Under the pieces are notes generated by a model, which saw only the letters and a list, made by a program, of their open reading frames with translations, made no database searches and was not told where the DNA came from. This document shows positions 11,465-23,428 of a DNA stretch of 64,000 nucleotides, piece after piece. The stretch is from Podospora anserina (Eukaryota): positions 2,604,001 through 2,668,000 of the forward strand of contig CM030338.1 of the NCBI GenBank assembly GCA_017654855.1, given 5' to 3'. Made by a program: the position numbers and the translations under genes. The stretch's first letter is position 1; every line of letters starts with the position of its first letter.

Positions 11465-14400
11465 ACGTTACTGGCCGCTAGGTTTCCTTACTCACTATCG
11501 CTATGAATGCCGTTATGACCCTCGATACCAAAATTTGATCAGATCATTATTTCATTTCTTTGCCAGATGATGATGATGAAATCATTTCTTTTTTTGGGTA
11601 CAATTTCACTACTTGGAGCAAGGTTATAGACAGGCATGGAGCATGGCATGATTTTTCTCTCTCACTCTCTCTCTCTCTCTCAGGACGTATGGTCGAAGTG
11701 GATGCCGTTTTTTCTCTCTCTCTCTCTTTTTTCCCTTTTATAAAGGGTTTAATTTCTTCTTGGATCAACTACTGTCTACCAACCAACCACAAGAAAATAT
11801 CCTTCCTGTCTTTTTCTCTCACATCCCCTCTCCACTCTTGGACGACCGCAACTTCAATTCTTTGCACATTATTCGTTTTTTTCCTTTTTTTTCTTTTTGG
11901 CTTTTTTGATTTCCTGTCTCTCCTTGTTTCGTATGGCTGGTTCATCCGTTTCTTGTTCTTTTTGGCTTTTTGAGCGTTTTGATATTTTAATCAGGATAGT
12001 TTTTTGTCTTCTTTCTTTTGCAGAAGGTAGTATATGATGGTGGGCATGGAGAAAGTGTCCTTTTGGAACGTAGTTTAGATACCCCTTTTTTGGATGGATG
12101 GTGGAAAAGAGGAGGATTATCACATTGGGATTTTGGTGTTGGAGGGGTGATCGATGAAAGGGGGGGGGAAGAGGAGGAATCAGGGAGGGGAAGTGGTTGT
12201 TGCATAGCAATTGATCTTTTTTTTCTTGCCTTGATTTTTCATATGTGTGTTGTTCTGTTTTGCTCGGCGATATCCTACGTTGCTTTTCCAGGATTGGTGA
12301 GTCCTTGGTTTGGGATATTGTGGTGGCGGCGGTGGTGGTGGTGGTATTCCCGTGCCAGCATAACCGCTGAACCGAGGATTACTACTGTCTAGATGTTGAT
12401 TGGCATTTCACATATGCTTTTCCAGTGGGTGGGCATGAGGAGATCAAGATCGGAAAATATGGGTAGCGACAGCGGCATAAAGCGGTTCATCGCCACACGC
12501 AGGTCATCACGATTATTGTGTGGTTGAGCGGGTGTGAATTCATGCGATCCATCCCATCCCATCCCATCCCATCCTCTCTCTCTTTTGCTTCCCTTGTCAA
12601 GGGAACCCTGCTCGGATACAGGAAAAACCATTGCGGGGAACCTTAACGGTTGGGATCATTTCTCGTTGATTTTTCTCATCGGATGAACTGTCGCACACAC
12701 AATGCGGGATGATAAAAAGAGAGCAAGATGGTAGGTAGCAGTTTCATTTTGTGGAATTCATGCGACAGAGCAGCGAGATGACGTGCTGCTTCTCTGTGAG
12801 GCTGATGATTGCGTGGTGGTGGTTGGATAACCGCCCAGGGTTGTTGAAGAGGGAAAAGGATAGTGTACTAGCGGGACAGGGTTAGGGTGGTGGGTGGTAG
12901 GGCGGACAGGGATCTAAAGTGGTTGCAGATTTCAGCCTTCTTGGCGGCGAGGGGCGCCTTACTGGAAAGAGGATTTATCCCGGTTTGGTTGGAGTGTTCA
13001 ATTCTTGATTCTTTCGCTGTAAGAAAGAAGACGAGGGGGGATAAGATGGGATGATTGATTGGATTGGGGAAAAGGGATGAATGGATGGGAGGGATTGAAT
13101 GTTTTAACTGGTTCGGTTGCCCTGCCAATCAGTGGTTCACAAGCCCGAGCTTGAGGGAGGTTCAAGAATGGGGGGTGTGGTGTGTGCTCCTGATGCACGA
13201 AGCTGTTGCTGTTGGTGAGGTTTGGGACGAGCTCCTGTCCAGTCGATGTGGGGATTGGGATGACAGTCTAAAACTGGGAGTTTTTGTTGAAGTTGTTTCA
13301 TCAGCCTCTTGAGGTTGCAGTAATTGATGGATTTGATGGAGGGGATAAGTTACCATGTGGGTGGTCTCGGCTGGTGAGGAGGTATATTTTTAGGTTTTGC
13401 ATGAACTTGACGACGTCAGGGACGGGTGGGATTTCCAAGTGGGAGAAGAAAGTAATTGAGAGAACCAGAGTCGGACAGAGTTTGGAAACCTGGGGGTAGT
13501 GTTTAATTACCGCTTGCTGCTCAGTGAGGCTTGAGCTGCGGTGGTGGTGGGTGTGTTTTCCAGGTACAGCAGTGACAGCACCGATTATGCGCCGATTTTT
13601 GCAGCTGCAAATACCAATGCAGGAACCCAGCGATTGCCACTGGATTGTCATGGGATGTCAATTGATTGGATTGGTCTCTCCTTTTTGGGGGGCTCATGGT
13701 TGGGAAGCAAAGACGATCACGAGTCCAGGGTTGGGAATGTTCTTTGCCGGCTGCGTCTGCGGGCGCTGTTGGGACTATGCTTTCTCTCTTTTGGAGGAGT
13801 TTGGCCGAAATCTTTCGATTGCTGCAATGAGATCAGAGTTATTTGATGTTTGACCTGTTGAATAGCAAGACTCATGAAGATGGGGAAAAGAAGATCGATG
13901 ATCGAAGAGGTACCCCACCACGTGCCTAGGCTGTGATCTCCACCCTGCCCATGTCTCCAGCTGCTGACCTGCGGGGGTTGACCTTCTTGTTCACCACCAA
14001 CTTCAGCCAGAAGCCCACTTCCAAGCAGGCTGCCGACAGGGGTCCTTTCTCAATTGACTCATTTGGCTTGATATCGTGCATGTTGCCGTATCAGATATCT
14101 GTGTGCCTCTTTTTCTCCTTCCGGTGATGTCGATCGAATAGGTATCGGATTCGATATCCAGATCAGTCCTGACGAATTGGGTACCCCCTCTGACATGCAG
14201 ACCGAAGGACGAATTCCACCGCCCTCTCTAATTTCTACACATGCAGTGGCCAGCCTGCCGATGCGCAGTCTCGGCCTCGGACTGCAGCAAGCATGTCGGC
14301 ACTAAAGCCGGAGCGGGGAAGACTTCGTCTCATCGAGGGCTCGGGTACCTGATAATTGGATATTGGAGGCTTGCATGCCTGATGCACTGCAGCACCTTCC

Positions 14401-15292
14401 CTCGACATTCAGGCTATCCATCCTGTACCCCCACTGTCTGATGGCTTGCTGAACTGCACACCGATCTATGTACTGACTGACCTCTCAGTTAGCTACCGCC
14501 CCGGTCCAACCTCGCACGCAACCTTTGAGGCACAGAGTACGTCTTGTGTCGCAGACTGCTGGTGTTTGTCTGAATTGCCGCCGTCCCAGCGAGTATCGCC
14601 AGAGTCTCTCTTGAAAAGAGCTCAGTTGATCGCTGCTGTGAACGTGAGCAGGGGGCAACCCGTGCCGCCAACCAGGGCTTCCAGGGCCCCTCGCAAGCAA
14701 ATCCACTCGCCCTCAGCACAGACCCGACAATAATATATCTCGGTACATTTTGTTCCAACCAGGCTTTTGCATTTCCCGGCCCCCAGGGATTGGGAAAGAG
14801 ATATATCCGCGCTGTGCTCCTTCACCGGGCTTGTCAAGGGTTTCTTGCTCCTGTTTCGTTTCCCTCCTCTTTGACGATTGACGGTTATGCTCAGAACTGC
14901 TTGGTAGCTTGGCCCCGTTTCCTTACAACAAGCCTTGATGTCTCTTTGGCCCCGCGCAGACAACCTCGAAAAGCTGTTTACTGACCGTGCCCCTGGGATG
15001 CCAGATTTTAATGTTTACTTTGCTTACGAAACGAATGTCGACGACGCTTGGATACCCCTTATGAACATGGACATTGGGCCCTGATAAATTGACGAATACA
15101 CGCCGTATCATCTATCCCGTGTCCCGCATACCTATCCTTCCTTCCCGCTCGTCCAACAAGAGCCTCTCCATCTCGAATCTGCCTATATTGCCACTCTACC
15201 CGGAGCACCTTGGACGTCCGCAGCAACGCCGGCGGATTCTTACTAGAGCGCTCGGCCCATGAAAAAACAATTGAGAGAAATTTGAATCTGCT

Positions 15293-17874
15293 ATGAGTGG
15301 GGATCAGCCAGTTTCCAGGTGCGCTCCCATACTCCCTCCCTTGAGTCGGTGGAAGGTATGTATGTTTCCGTGCTGATCTCAGGTGTCTGCAGCTTTGGCG
15401 ACCCAGACGCTCAGCCGCCCACCCCTAAACAAACACCAACATTATCGATTTTCCCGAGTCCTCGTTTCGAAACACCAAAGAACAACGCGGGACGATTCGA
15501 CGAGCCTGGAGGCTGGACTCCTCATTTTGCCGAGGATTACTCCGTCTTCAACTCGACCCCGGGGAACCTGAGGGGCAGCCAGCATCCCTTTCCCGATTTT
15601 GGTCCAGCAACCCCATACCTTGGTTCGGCCCGCAAACGGACGTTGTCTACTGGGGAAACGTTTTCGCCCACCACCAACTTGCAGCTACCGTCTGTGGAAC
15701 TGTCCGAGATTCTACAATCCTCTCCGAGCCAACTATCAACCCCAACCTTTGAACAGTTAACTCCCGCCAGCCGAAATTCAGATACTGCTGAGAGGACTTC
15801 AAAGAAGGTGCAGCGTGGAACAGTGGTTGAGCAATCTCAGGGACAAACAGCAACCCCGCCGCCCTCTGGCCGGAAGGGTGAACGGAAACTCGCTCCCAAA
15901 CTCGATACGTCCGCCATGCAGAATGATCAGGGCTACGGCCACCCAGACTTTTTGGCGACTGCCCAGCCACAAATGGGCAACTTCGTGACCAACACTGGCG
16001 ACATGTTTTCTTATCCCTTATCAGCACCAGGATATGCACCACAGCGGTCGTTTTGGGACCAGGATCCCAACATGGGAGGGATGGAAGTTGATTTCAGTGC
16101 CAATGGCGCCAATGGTGGCGATATGTTCCAAAACCAGACACATCAACCTCTCACCCCAGTCGACTGGGCAAATGCCAATCTGATGCAGGCACAGGACGCC
16201 ATGGTCGGTCATGAAAACGGTCATGTTACTACTGGAAATCACCAAGCTCCCCTTATATCACAAGCGCCCATGCCTGCCCTCGTAACTTCAGCCCCCGAAC
16301 AAGCCATGTTCGCGGTTGATTATTCCACGACCATGGAAGACAACTTTGGAATGAACAGTAGCGGCGGCGCGGTAAACCCCGGGCTCATCTTCAGCCGGCC
16401 GCAGTCAGCCAACATGGATGTCATCTCTCATGACCAGTCTATGCAAGTCCCTATCGCACCTCGCCCTCAAACGAGTCAAGACTTTGTCCAGCCAACGAGC
16501 AGGGCACCATCAGCGCAAAGAATAGTGACAACATCCCGAGGCGAGCTTCGTCGTTCGTCAAGCACGAGGACCGTGCCTTCAAGCAGACCAGACCGAGCTC
16601 TGGCTAGCTCACCAATCAAGTCGGTTGGACGACCTGGCCTCTCGCGAAGCTTCAGCGAAAATAGAGGGAAGAAGCAGTCGAGCCGACCAGCGCTGCCCAC
16701 TCTTGCCCCAGCTCCTCGTCCACAATCACAACTGGTGAGCAACGCTGGCGTAGGTGCCAACCGGCCGATTATAAGCCAACCTTCCCGTCCAAGTGGAAGG
16801 ACATCTCCCCTGAAAAGCCAGCAACACTCCCGACTGTCCAGCTTGACATCCATCCCAGAGACCTCGGGTCCAAGAATGCGAACCCAGGCGAAGTTCACCA
16901 TTGATGCCAACGGCAGAGCAAGAGTGGAAACCACAGTCGTTGTAGAAACAGAAGAGCCAACCAGTGCAAAAAAGCGCCAGGGCTCCCAAGACGGCAGCCA
17001 ACGTAGGAGGTGGACTCCCTCCGACGAGGAAGATGACTCTTCCTCTACCGATGACGAAGGCCCGATTATCATTCCTAGCAGAAACACCTCTTTTGCGCTC
17101 CCAGATCCGGTAAAACCCTCGATTGTCCATCCTTTTCACCGGGCGTCTCATACCGGCTCGTCGTACAGCACTAGCTTCCAACACCAGGATGATGATAGCG
17201 ATGGGGAGACGGTGGTGAATGTGAATGACCTCACGCCCACGGGAAAAGTGGCCGGGGACGCGATCAGTGAGCTGCAAAAGGTCAGGGAGGCAAGGCAGCG
17301 GAGCGGGCAGTGGCCGCCGAGTTCTGCGCCAAAGGTGAGGAGGTCCTTTTCGGGGTTGGGGGGGTCGGGGAGTGCGAGTTTTGGGAATCATCAGCAGGGG
17401 GGTTACAGGGGGAGTTATAATAATAGTAGCTTGAGTCCGGCTAGCATGACGGAGGGGAGTCTGCCGACGCCGACGGGGGAGAGGGGAGGGGGGATGAGGT
17501 GCGTTTGTGGGAGGGGGGAGGTGGGGAGGAATGAGCTGTTGGTTCAGTGGTATGTTTGTTCCTTTTGAAGATTTTATGTGATGATGAAAGGGTGTGTGGG
17601 TTGCTAACATGGAGGCAGTCAATCGTGTGAGATGAACTTGCATGAACGGTGTGTGAACGCGACGGAGACGTCAATTTACATTTGTTCGTTTTGTGCGAAT
17701 GTTACGACTGGGCATCCGGTGAGGGGTGGTGGTGGAGGGAGGGTTAGGGAAAGGGAGGGGGACAGGGAAAGGGGGCGTTATCATGGGCATGGGCATGTGC
17801 GGGTGGGAGGAGGGGGGTCGGGCTTGGGGATTACGAGTCCGTTGGCGCATAAGAATTTTAAGAGTTTTAGGTGA
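15293..17874 (+). CDS. Largely disordered protein with a C-terminal PHD-type zinc finger
   Basis: Exons 15293-15318, 15393-17549 and 17619-17874. Splicing the last intron (GTATGT..GCTAAC..CAG) completes CVC...VQC|QSCEMNLHERC...YICSFC, which has C4HC3 spacing. N-terminal block FETPK...GWTPHFAEDYSVFNSTPGNL. Confidence 0.8.
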
Positions 17875-19092
17875 TGGGGGGAGGAGATGGTGGTTGGTTT
17901 TGGGATTGGAAATGAATAATGGATATGATGACAAGATGGGATTGGATGGGATGGGTTGGGAAAGGGATAGGATATGATATTTTGTACACGGTGAGAGTAA
18001 AAAGAAGTGCTGATGACGGTGGATTTTGGTGTTGTTTGACTTGTAGCAAGGCTGGAGTATTGTTGCTTGGTTATGGTGGCGGGCTAGAGTTATTGGAGAT
18101 ACCCTGATGTTGTATGTATTGATGTTTGATGGATTATGATGGGTGTTTGGTTGGTGATACTCCATATATTCACACATCCTTGCTCGCTTCTCCTCGATTT
18201 TTATACTGCTTGTCTCTGAGAACAAGGGGGTTCTTCAGAGTTAGGGTTATTACATATGGGAACAGAAGGCTGACACGTAAAATGAGGCGATGCTAGTTCC
18301 CGGTGAGATTAGATTATAGAGAATTGGAGTTTGTGACATTGACAGCTGTCTTGAAGGCTAGTTCAAGATGTCGGCAGTCCTGACTGCTGGCCATAGGGTG
18401 TAAAACGGTATAGCCAAAGTTCAGCCTCGTAAGCCCACCTCTTGAGTTTGAGACTCAACAATATTTTCTGTTCTCGGAAGAGATTCTGATTGCAACGCCA
18501 AAATGACCGTTGGTGACACACCTTCTTCCCTCTCTGTTTTCTTGAGCGGGTGATATGTCGGGGAAGGTCACGTGAGCGCGCGTCGTTTGTTCCCCTGCCA
18601 GTTGTCCCTGCCTCGATTTACTGAATCGCGATCCACGTCACACATGCCAAACATCTTCCCCTCCCAAAAAGGAAACAGCCCCCCACATTGAGGGACGTGA
18701 GGACAAAGCAACCACAGATACTCAGTGAGCCTCAAACTCATTCCCAAGCCCAATTAGACCTTTGTTTTTCTTTGCAAGTCTGAACCTCGACCTCATTCAA
18801 GCTGCAGTGTTGACGAAAAGGACACTGGAGTCGGTGTGTTAGCATTTACGACTCGGCTGCTCACATTTGAGAGGGAAAGCAGTTACATCGCGACCGCCAG
18901 CGAGATATTTCACCTACCCGGTACCTATTGACTTCATCCCCGAACCTTTACTTTACACCGGAGCACACTGTATCGCCACGCAACTCACAAACCAAAAAAA
19001 AAAAAAAAAAGCATATACTTGAGAAGTTTCCAGCCTCTCATCTTCTTCCCTTTTAATCCTCCTTTTCCCCTCTCACTTCTGCCACACCGAAC

Positions 19093-22000
19093 ATGTCGGA
19101 AGAAAGGCACGTCATCGACCTCGGCGGGAGCGACTCCGAGGATGAGGACCTTCGCATCGCCATCGCTCTCTCCCTCGGCCAGGACCCAGGTTCGCGACGT
19201 ACCAATACTCCAAGGAAACACGAGACCATCGACCTGACCCTTGATGATGAGTCACCAGCCGCCGGGGACACTGCTGGACCAAGTCGACCTGGTGGTGAGG
19301 ATACCCAGGACCGGGACCAGCCTGTCCCCGCAGTCATGACGACCTCGACTTCTGCCTCACAGCAATCTGATACTCCTACGGCCTCTCAGGCGTTAGCAAC
19401 GGGCCTCTCGGCGCTCGGGTTGGACAGGAAGAAGATGGAGGAGGAAAGACTTGCTCGACTTGCCCAGAGGAAGAGAAAGGCATCACTTGAGGCGCCGGCT
19501 CCGTATTCCAGTTTGGACACCCGGTCGACTCAGATTCCGAGAATGTTGGGTGACGAGGGGATTTTTTCCCACAGCAAGGGTCGAGGGGATAAGAACGATA
19601 CTGGCTCTTTATCTCCAGCAGTCAAGGCCAGTTCAAGAGGGATGGATAGCTCAGGGGGCAGTCATGTGAGCACATGGGGGTTAGCAAATGCAGTCGAAAA
19701 ATCAGTCAGTGACAGCACTCACAGTAATTCCAACCGTATCCTTCCACCCAGGTCATCTCCGACCAGCCATCAAGTTCAAACCCTCCCATATCCCCGCGGC
19801 GTCATCAAGAAGACTTGGATCTACCCAAGCTACCCGCGGGCTGGCGACGATGTCAAGATTGAAGAAGTCCTTCAGAAGGATATTCTCGAGCTGGCCGTTA
19901 TCAGCTCGTTTCAGTGGGATGAGGATTGGATGCTGTCCAAGATTGATATCTCAAGGACTAAGCTGTATCTGATTGCTTTTGCGAAGAGTGAGGCGCAGGT
20001 AAGATATATACATACATATATATATCCCCACACACACCGGAATGGACCAGGACCCCGTTCATACTTACCAGGATATGATTATTTAGAAGAACGAGATGAG
20101 GAATAATGTCCCAAAGAGCAGGATCCGGTTTTGTTTTCCGGCCATGCAGGCTGTGGGTGCGATGCATTCGAAGCTGATGCTGCTCAAGTATGAGGGTTAT
20201 TTGAGGGTTGTGGTTCCGACGGGGAATTTCATGTCGTATGACTGGGGGGAGACGGGGACGATGGAGAATGTAAGAGTTGATGTGATTGTGTGTTTTGGGG
20301 TCGTCATGTCCTGTTTCTGAACCACCTGGCTGTATAGTCGGATCATGTGGTTACTAACACGGGTTTCGTAGATGGTCTTCCTTATTGACCTCCCCAAGTT
20401 CAAGAACACGGAGGAGAGAGACGCGGTTCAGGGGGGCGGGCTCGGCTCCTTTGGCGAGGATCTGGTGTATTTTCTGATGGCTCAGGGGGTTGATCCGTTG
20501 TTGATCAATAGCTTGCGGAGCTATGACTTTTCGGAGACGAGGAGATATGGCTTTGTTCATACCATGTGAGTACCTGGTTTTGTATCTGTGTTTTTGTCAG
20601 CCTTTTTTTTTTTTTTTTTTGCATTGCGGGTAGTTTCCGTCTTGAAGCATTGCATATGTCTTCCAGCTGGTTGGCTGGGTAAGCTACCTGGTGGGAGACA
20701 GCTTCCGGAGGTTTTGTTTTTCCCATGACAGCATGAGAATGCCGGGTCATGATGACTGGCAGTTTGTGGAAGGCCAAGTGGTACACGACAAGTGTAGTCT
20801 TGGGAGTAAAGACGGGGGCTTGTTGTTGATTCCTCGCTTCTTTTTTGCTCTTGTTATTCTTCTCGCGCCCGTCTTGTAACCTCTTATCGTTTCACTATCT
20901 TCTTCTACCCGGCGATCACTTGTTACGTCACAGGCAACACTTGTCTGGCCTGAAGATGGAGACATGGACTCCTGTGCCAAGCGGCCACATGGGCGGAGAA
21001 AAACAAAATGAATGGAGAGAGCTGGTGGTGATTGAGAGATAGAAAGGGCTGAGAGAGTAAAGGAAATTGGGGAGGTGCCCAAGTGGACGCCAGAGTGGAT
21101 GTGTAGACTCTGGGAAAGCCATCGGGAAGCAGGCTGGCCAGCAATTTGGGATGTGTTTTCCTCGTTCACAAGTTCCGGTTGCATCACCCCCCCAGTTTGA
21201 GGTTATATTCAGGGATCAGGAAACAGTATTGCTTACGTTCTGTTCAACATTCACACTCTTTCACTCGTACATTGCGCTTTCTACCTAGTCTTTTTACCAC
21301 ATCATCGAAGCAAAAAATGATTCCTTTTAGAAAAAGAAGAGGAAATCATCAAGGATGATAGCATAGGTAGCTAACTGCTTCTAGTGTCGGCTCTCATACC
21401 ACGGATGAGGCTTGGAAAAGGACTGGTGAGTGTTGCTCGTCCAGGTTTGGCGATGGCCATCTATATGGCCGATGATCGGTGATGCGGCTCAAGGTTGGTG
21501 GTGATGGCTAACAGTCTGATGTAGGATACCCTGGCCTCGGTCGGGCAGTCGCCGCTCTTGGTCTCGCGTCCAATGACCCCATCGAGCTCGATTACGTGGT
21601 ATGTCGTCTCCCCTTCCACCTTGTAGACCGAGATGAAGATCTAATGAAGATTGTGCAGTGCTCTTCGCTCGGTTCTGTGAATAGGAACGTGATCAACTCG
21701 CTCTATTACGCCTGTCAAGGTAGGTCGACTTGCCTCATGATACATTCATCACGACAACGACGACAACGACGGCAACGATGACGACTTGTTTTGTTTGGAT
21801 TACGGGTCGTCCCAAGGTTACTGACAAACACACAGGCGACTCTGGCCTCAAGGAATTATCAACCCGAACCCCGGCGCACAAGAAAGTGTCTGACGATGAC
21901 GTGTTGGATCATGTCAGGGTGTACTACCCTTCGGAGAGGACGATTGTGACCAGCAAGGGAGGGAGAGACGTACGTGGCTGCATGTCGAAGGTTTTCGGAT

Positions 22001-22652
22001 GCTTCGCGTGACTGCTGACATTGTGGATTAGGGCGCCGGAACGATATGCTTTCAGGAAAAGTGGTGGAAGGCGTCGGGCTTTCCGAGGGAGGTGCTGCGT
22101 GACTGTCGATCGAGGAGGGAGGGAGTCGTAATGCATTCCAAGGTGGCGTTTGTGGGCCGGGGGGGAGGGAGGCGTGGGTGGGTGTATCTGGGAAGTGGGA
22201 ACCTTTCGGAGAGTGCTTGGTAAGTTTGGGAGCATATGGCTGGATGTGGGTGTCGCTGTCGTGGGTGCGTGTGACTAACGTGGTGATGGTAGGGGGCGGC
22301 TGACGAGGGAGAAGGTTGGCGGTGGGGTGAGACTGAACTGTCGGAACTGGTACGTGCTTTGTGTTTTGGGTTTTCTCAGGGGGAAGTGACCGTGCTTTGT
22401 TGGGGGGGTGGCTTGAGGGGTGTGTTTTGTTGATGGGGAGATGGACTGGGTTAAGGAAAGACCATGGCTAACGACGGACCGGTGGGTTGGGTGTTTAGGG
22501 AGTGTGGCGTTATTTTCCCTGTTGAGTCATCACTGGCCGGGGGTGACAGCTGGGAGGCGTTTGAGAAGGTTGTGCCCGTGCCGATGGTTGTGCCGGGGGA
22601 GAGGTTTGGGATGCCGGGGAGTGAAGGGGGGTTGGTGCCGTGGTTTAACTGA
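19093..22652 (+). CDS. TDP1: Tyrosyl-DNA phosphodiesterase (Tdp1/PLD family) with N-terminal ubiquitin-interacting motif; about 10 exons
   Basis: UIM-like EDEDLRIAIALSL; AVISSFQWDEDW; first HxK motif MHSKLMLL...VVVPTGN; second MHSKVAF...WVYLGSGNLSESAWG...CRNWECGV. Exons begin at 19093, 20087, 20372, 21385, 21525, ~21659, ~21836, ~22032, ~22293 and ~22499. All junctions are GT-AG and in frame; TGA at 22650-22652. Confidence 0.88.
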
Positions 22653-23340
22653 CAGATTAAGTTCAGTGGGGGCATGCGATATCATGGGGCTTTATTGGCT
22701 CTACGATTGTTGGCCATGTTGGCATGGAGGTGATTCACCTGTTGTGTGGTGACGATGATACTGTATCAACAACTGAAAAACTCTGTTTCTGCGTGAGCAC
22801 GATTTACAGAGGTACATGAGGGAGTCTCGATGCCTTGTTATGGGCGGTGGGGGGGTGGAGTCAATGTCACTGAAGTCTAATCAAGCAGAGTTTGTCTTCA
22901 CAGGAGGGTGTCCACTTCGTTGTTGGGAGATAGGCGGACGGCGCGCGCATGAGAATCTTGAGGGTGAGTACATGTGTTTTTTGAACTTTGTTTTGGTGAC
23001 GGCTTCAACCTAGGGTGGGCGAGGGCGGTGGAGCATGCTGTGGGTACCGTCAGAGCCAGAGCCTGGGCCGTGTCATGATGGTAATCAGCTCGTGATATGA
23101 GATTAGGCGATATGCTAGTCGCTGACCTTGATAGGAGACATGAAGGTCACGAAGATGATTGCATGCGCGGAGGGAGCGCCATGAGAGCAGAACCGGATCC
23201 GGCGAGATGCTGGTGAACAGCTCGTGGCGACAGGGCGATTAGGCTGGTGCGTTTGGGGAACATGGCACGCACAGTGAAGCTTGAACATCCCTGGCACGGA
23301 GGCGTTTGGTTGAAGTTCACGATTGCGATTGCCTGCCGCG

Positions 23341-23428
23341 GGCTCTTGCCTTGAGGATGAGGCTCTGGCCTTGAGGGTGAGGCTCTGGCCTTGAGGATGA
23401 GGCTCTGGCCTTGATGACGGGGCTCTGG
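23341..23428. repeat. 20-bp minisatellite (GGCTCTGGCCTTGAGGATGA) x4.4
   Basis: Units start at 23341, 23361, 23381 and 23401, with a partial unit at 23421; 0-4 mismatches per unit. Confidence 0.9.

Noticed and set aside
18240..18250. TTAGGGTTA (and AACCCTAACCC at 39842) as a telomerase RNA template or telomere relic
   Set aside because: Only ~1.5 repeats, with no room for a ~2-kb TER without overlapping genes. More likely chance or promoter telo-boxes.
20061..20072. ATACTTACCAGG resembling the U1 snRNA 5' end
   Set aside because: It sits at the branch-point position of TDP1 intron 1. No U1 stem-loops or Sm site follow.
20675..20706. Minus-strand GTCTCCCACCA and AGCTTAC resembling RNase MRP conserved regions I and V
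   Set aside because: The two motifs are adjacent, not ~200 nt apart as the P4 pseudoknot requires.
20789..20798. CAAGTGTAGT matching the U2 snRNA branch-recognition region
   Set aside because: Only 10 nt match. The flanking U2 sequences (GCCTTTTGGCTAAGAT, ATCTGTTCTT) are absent.
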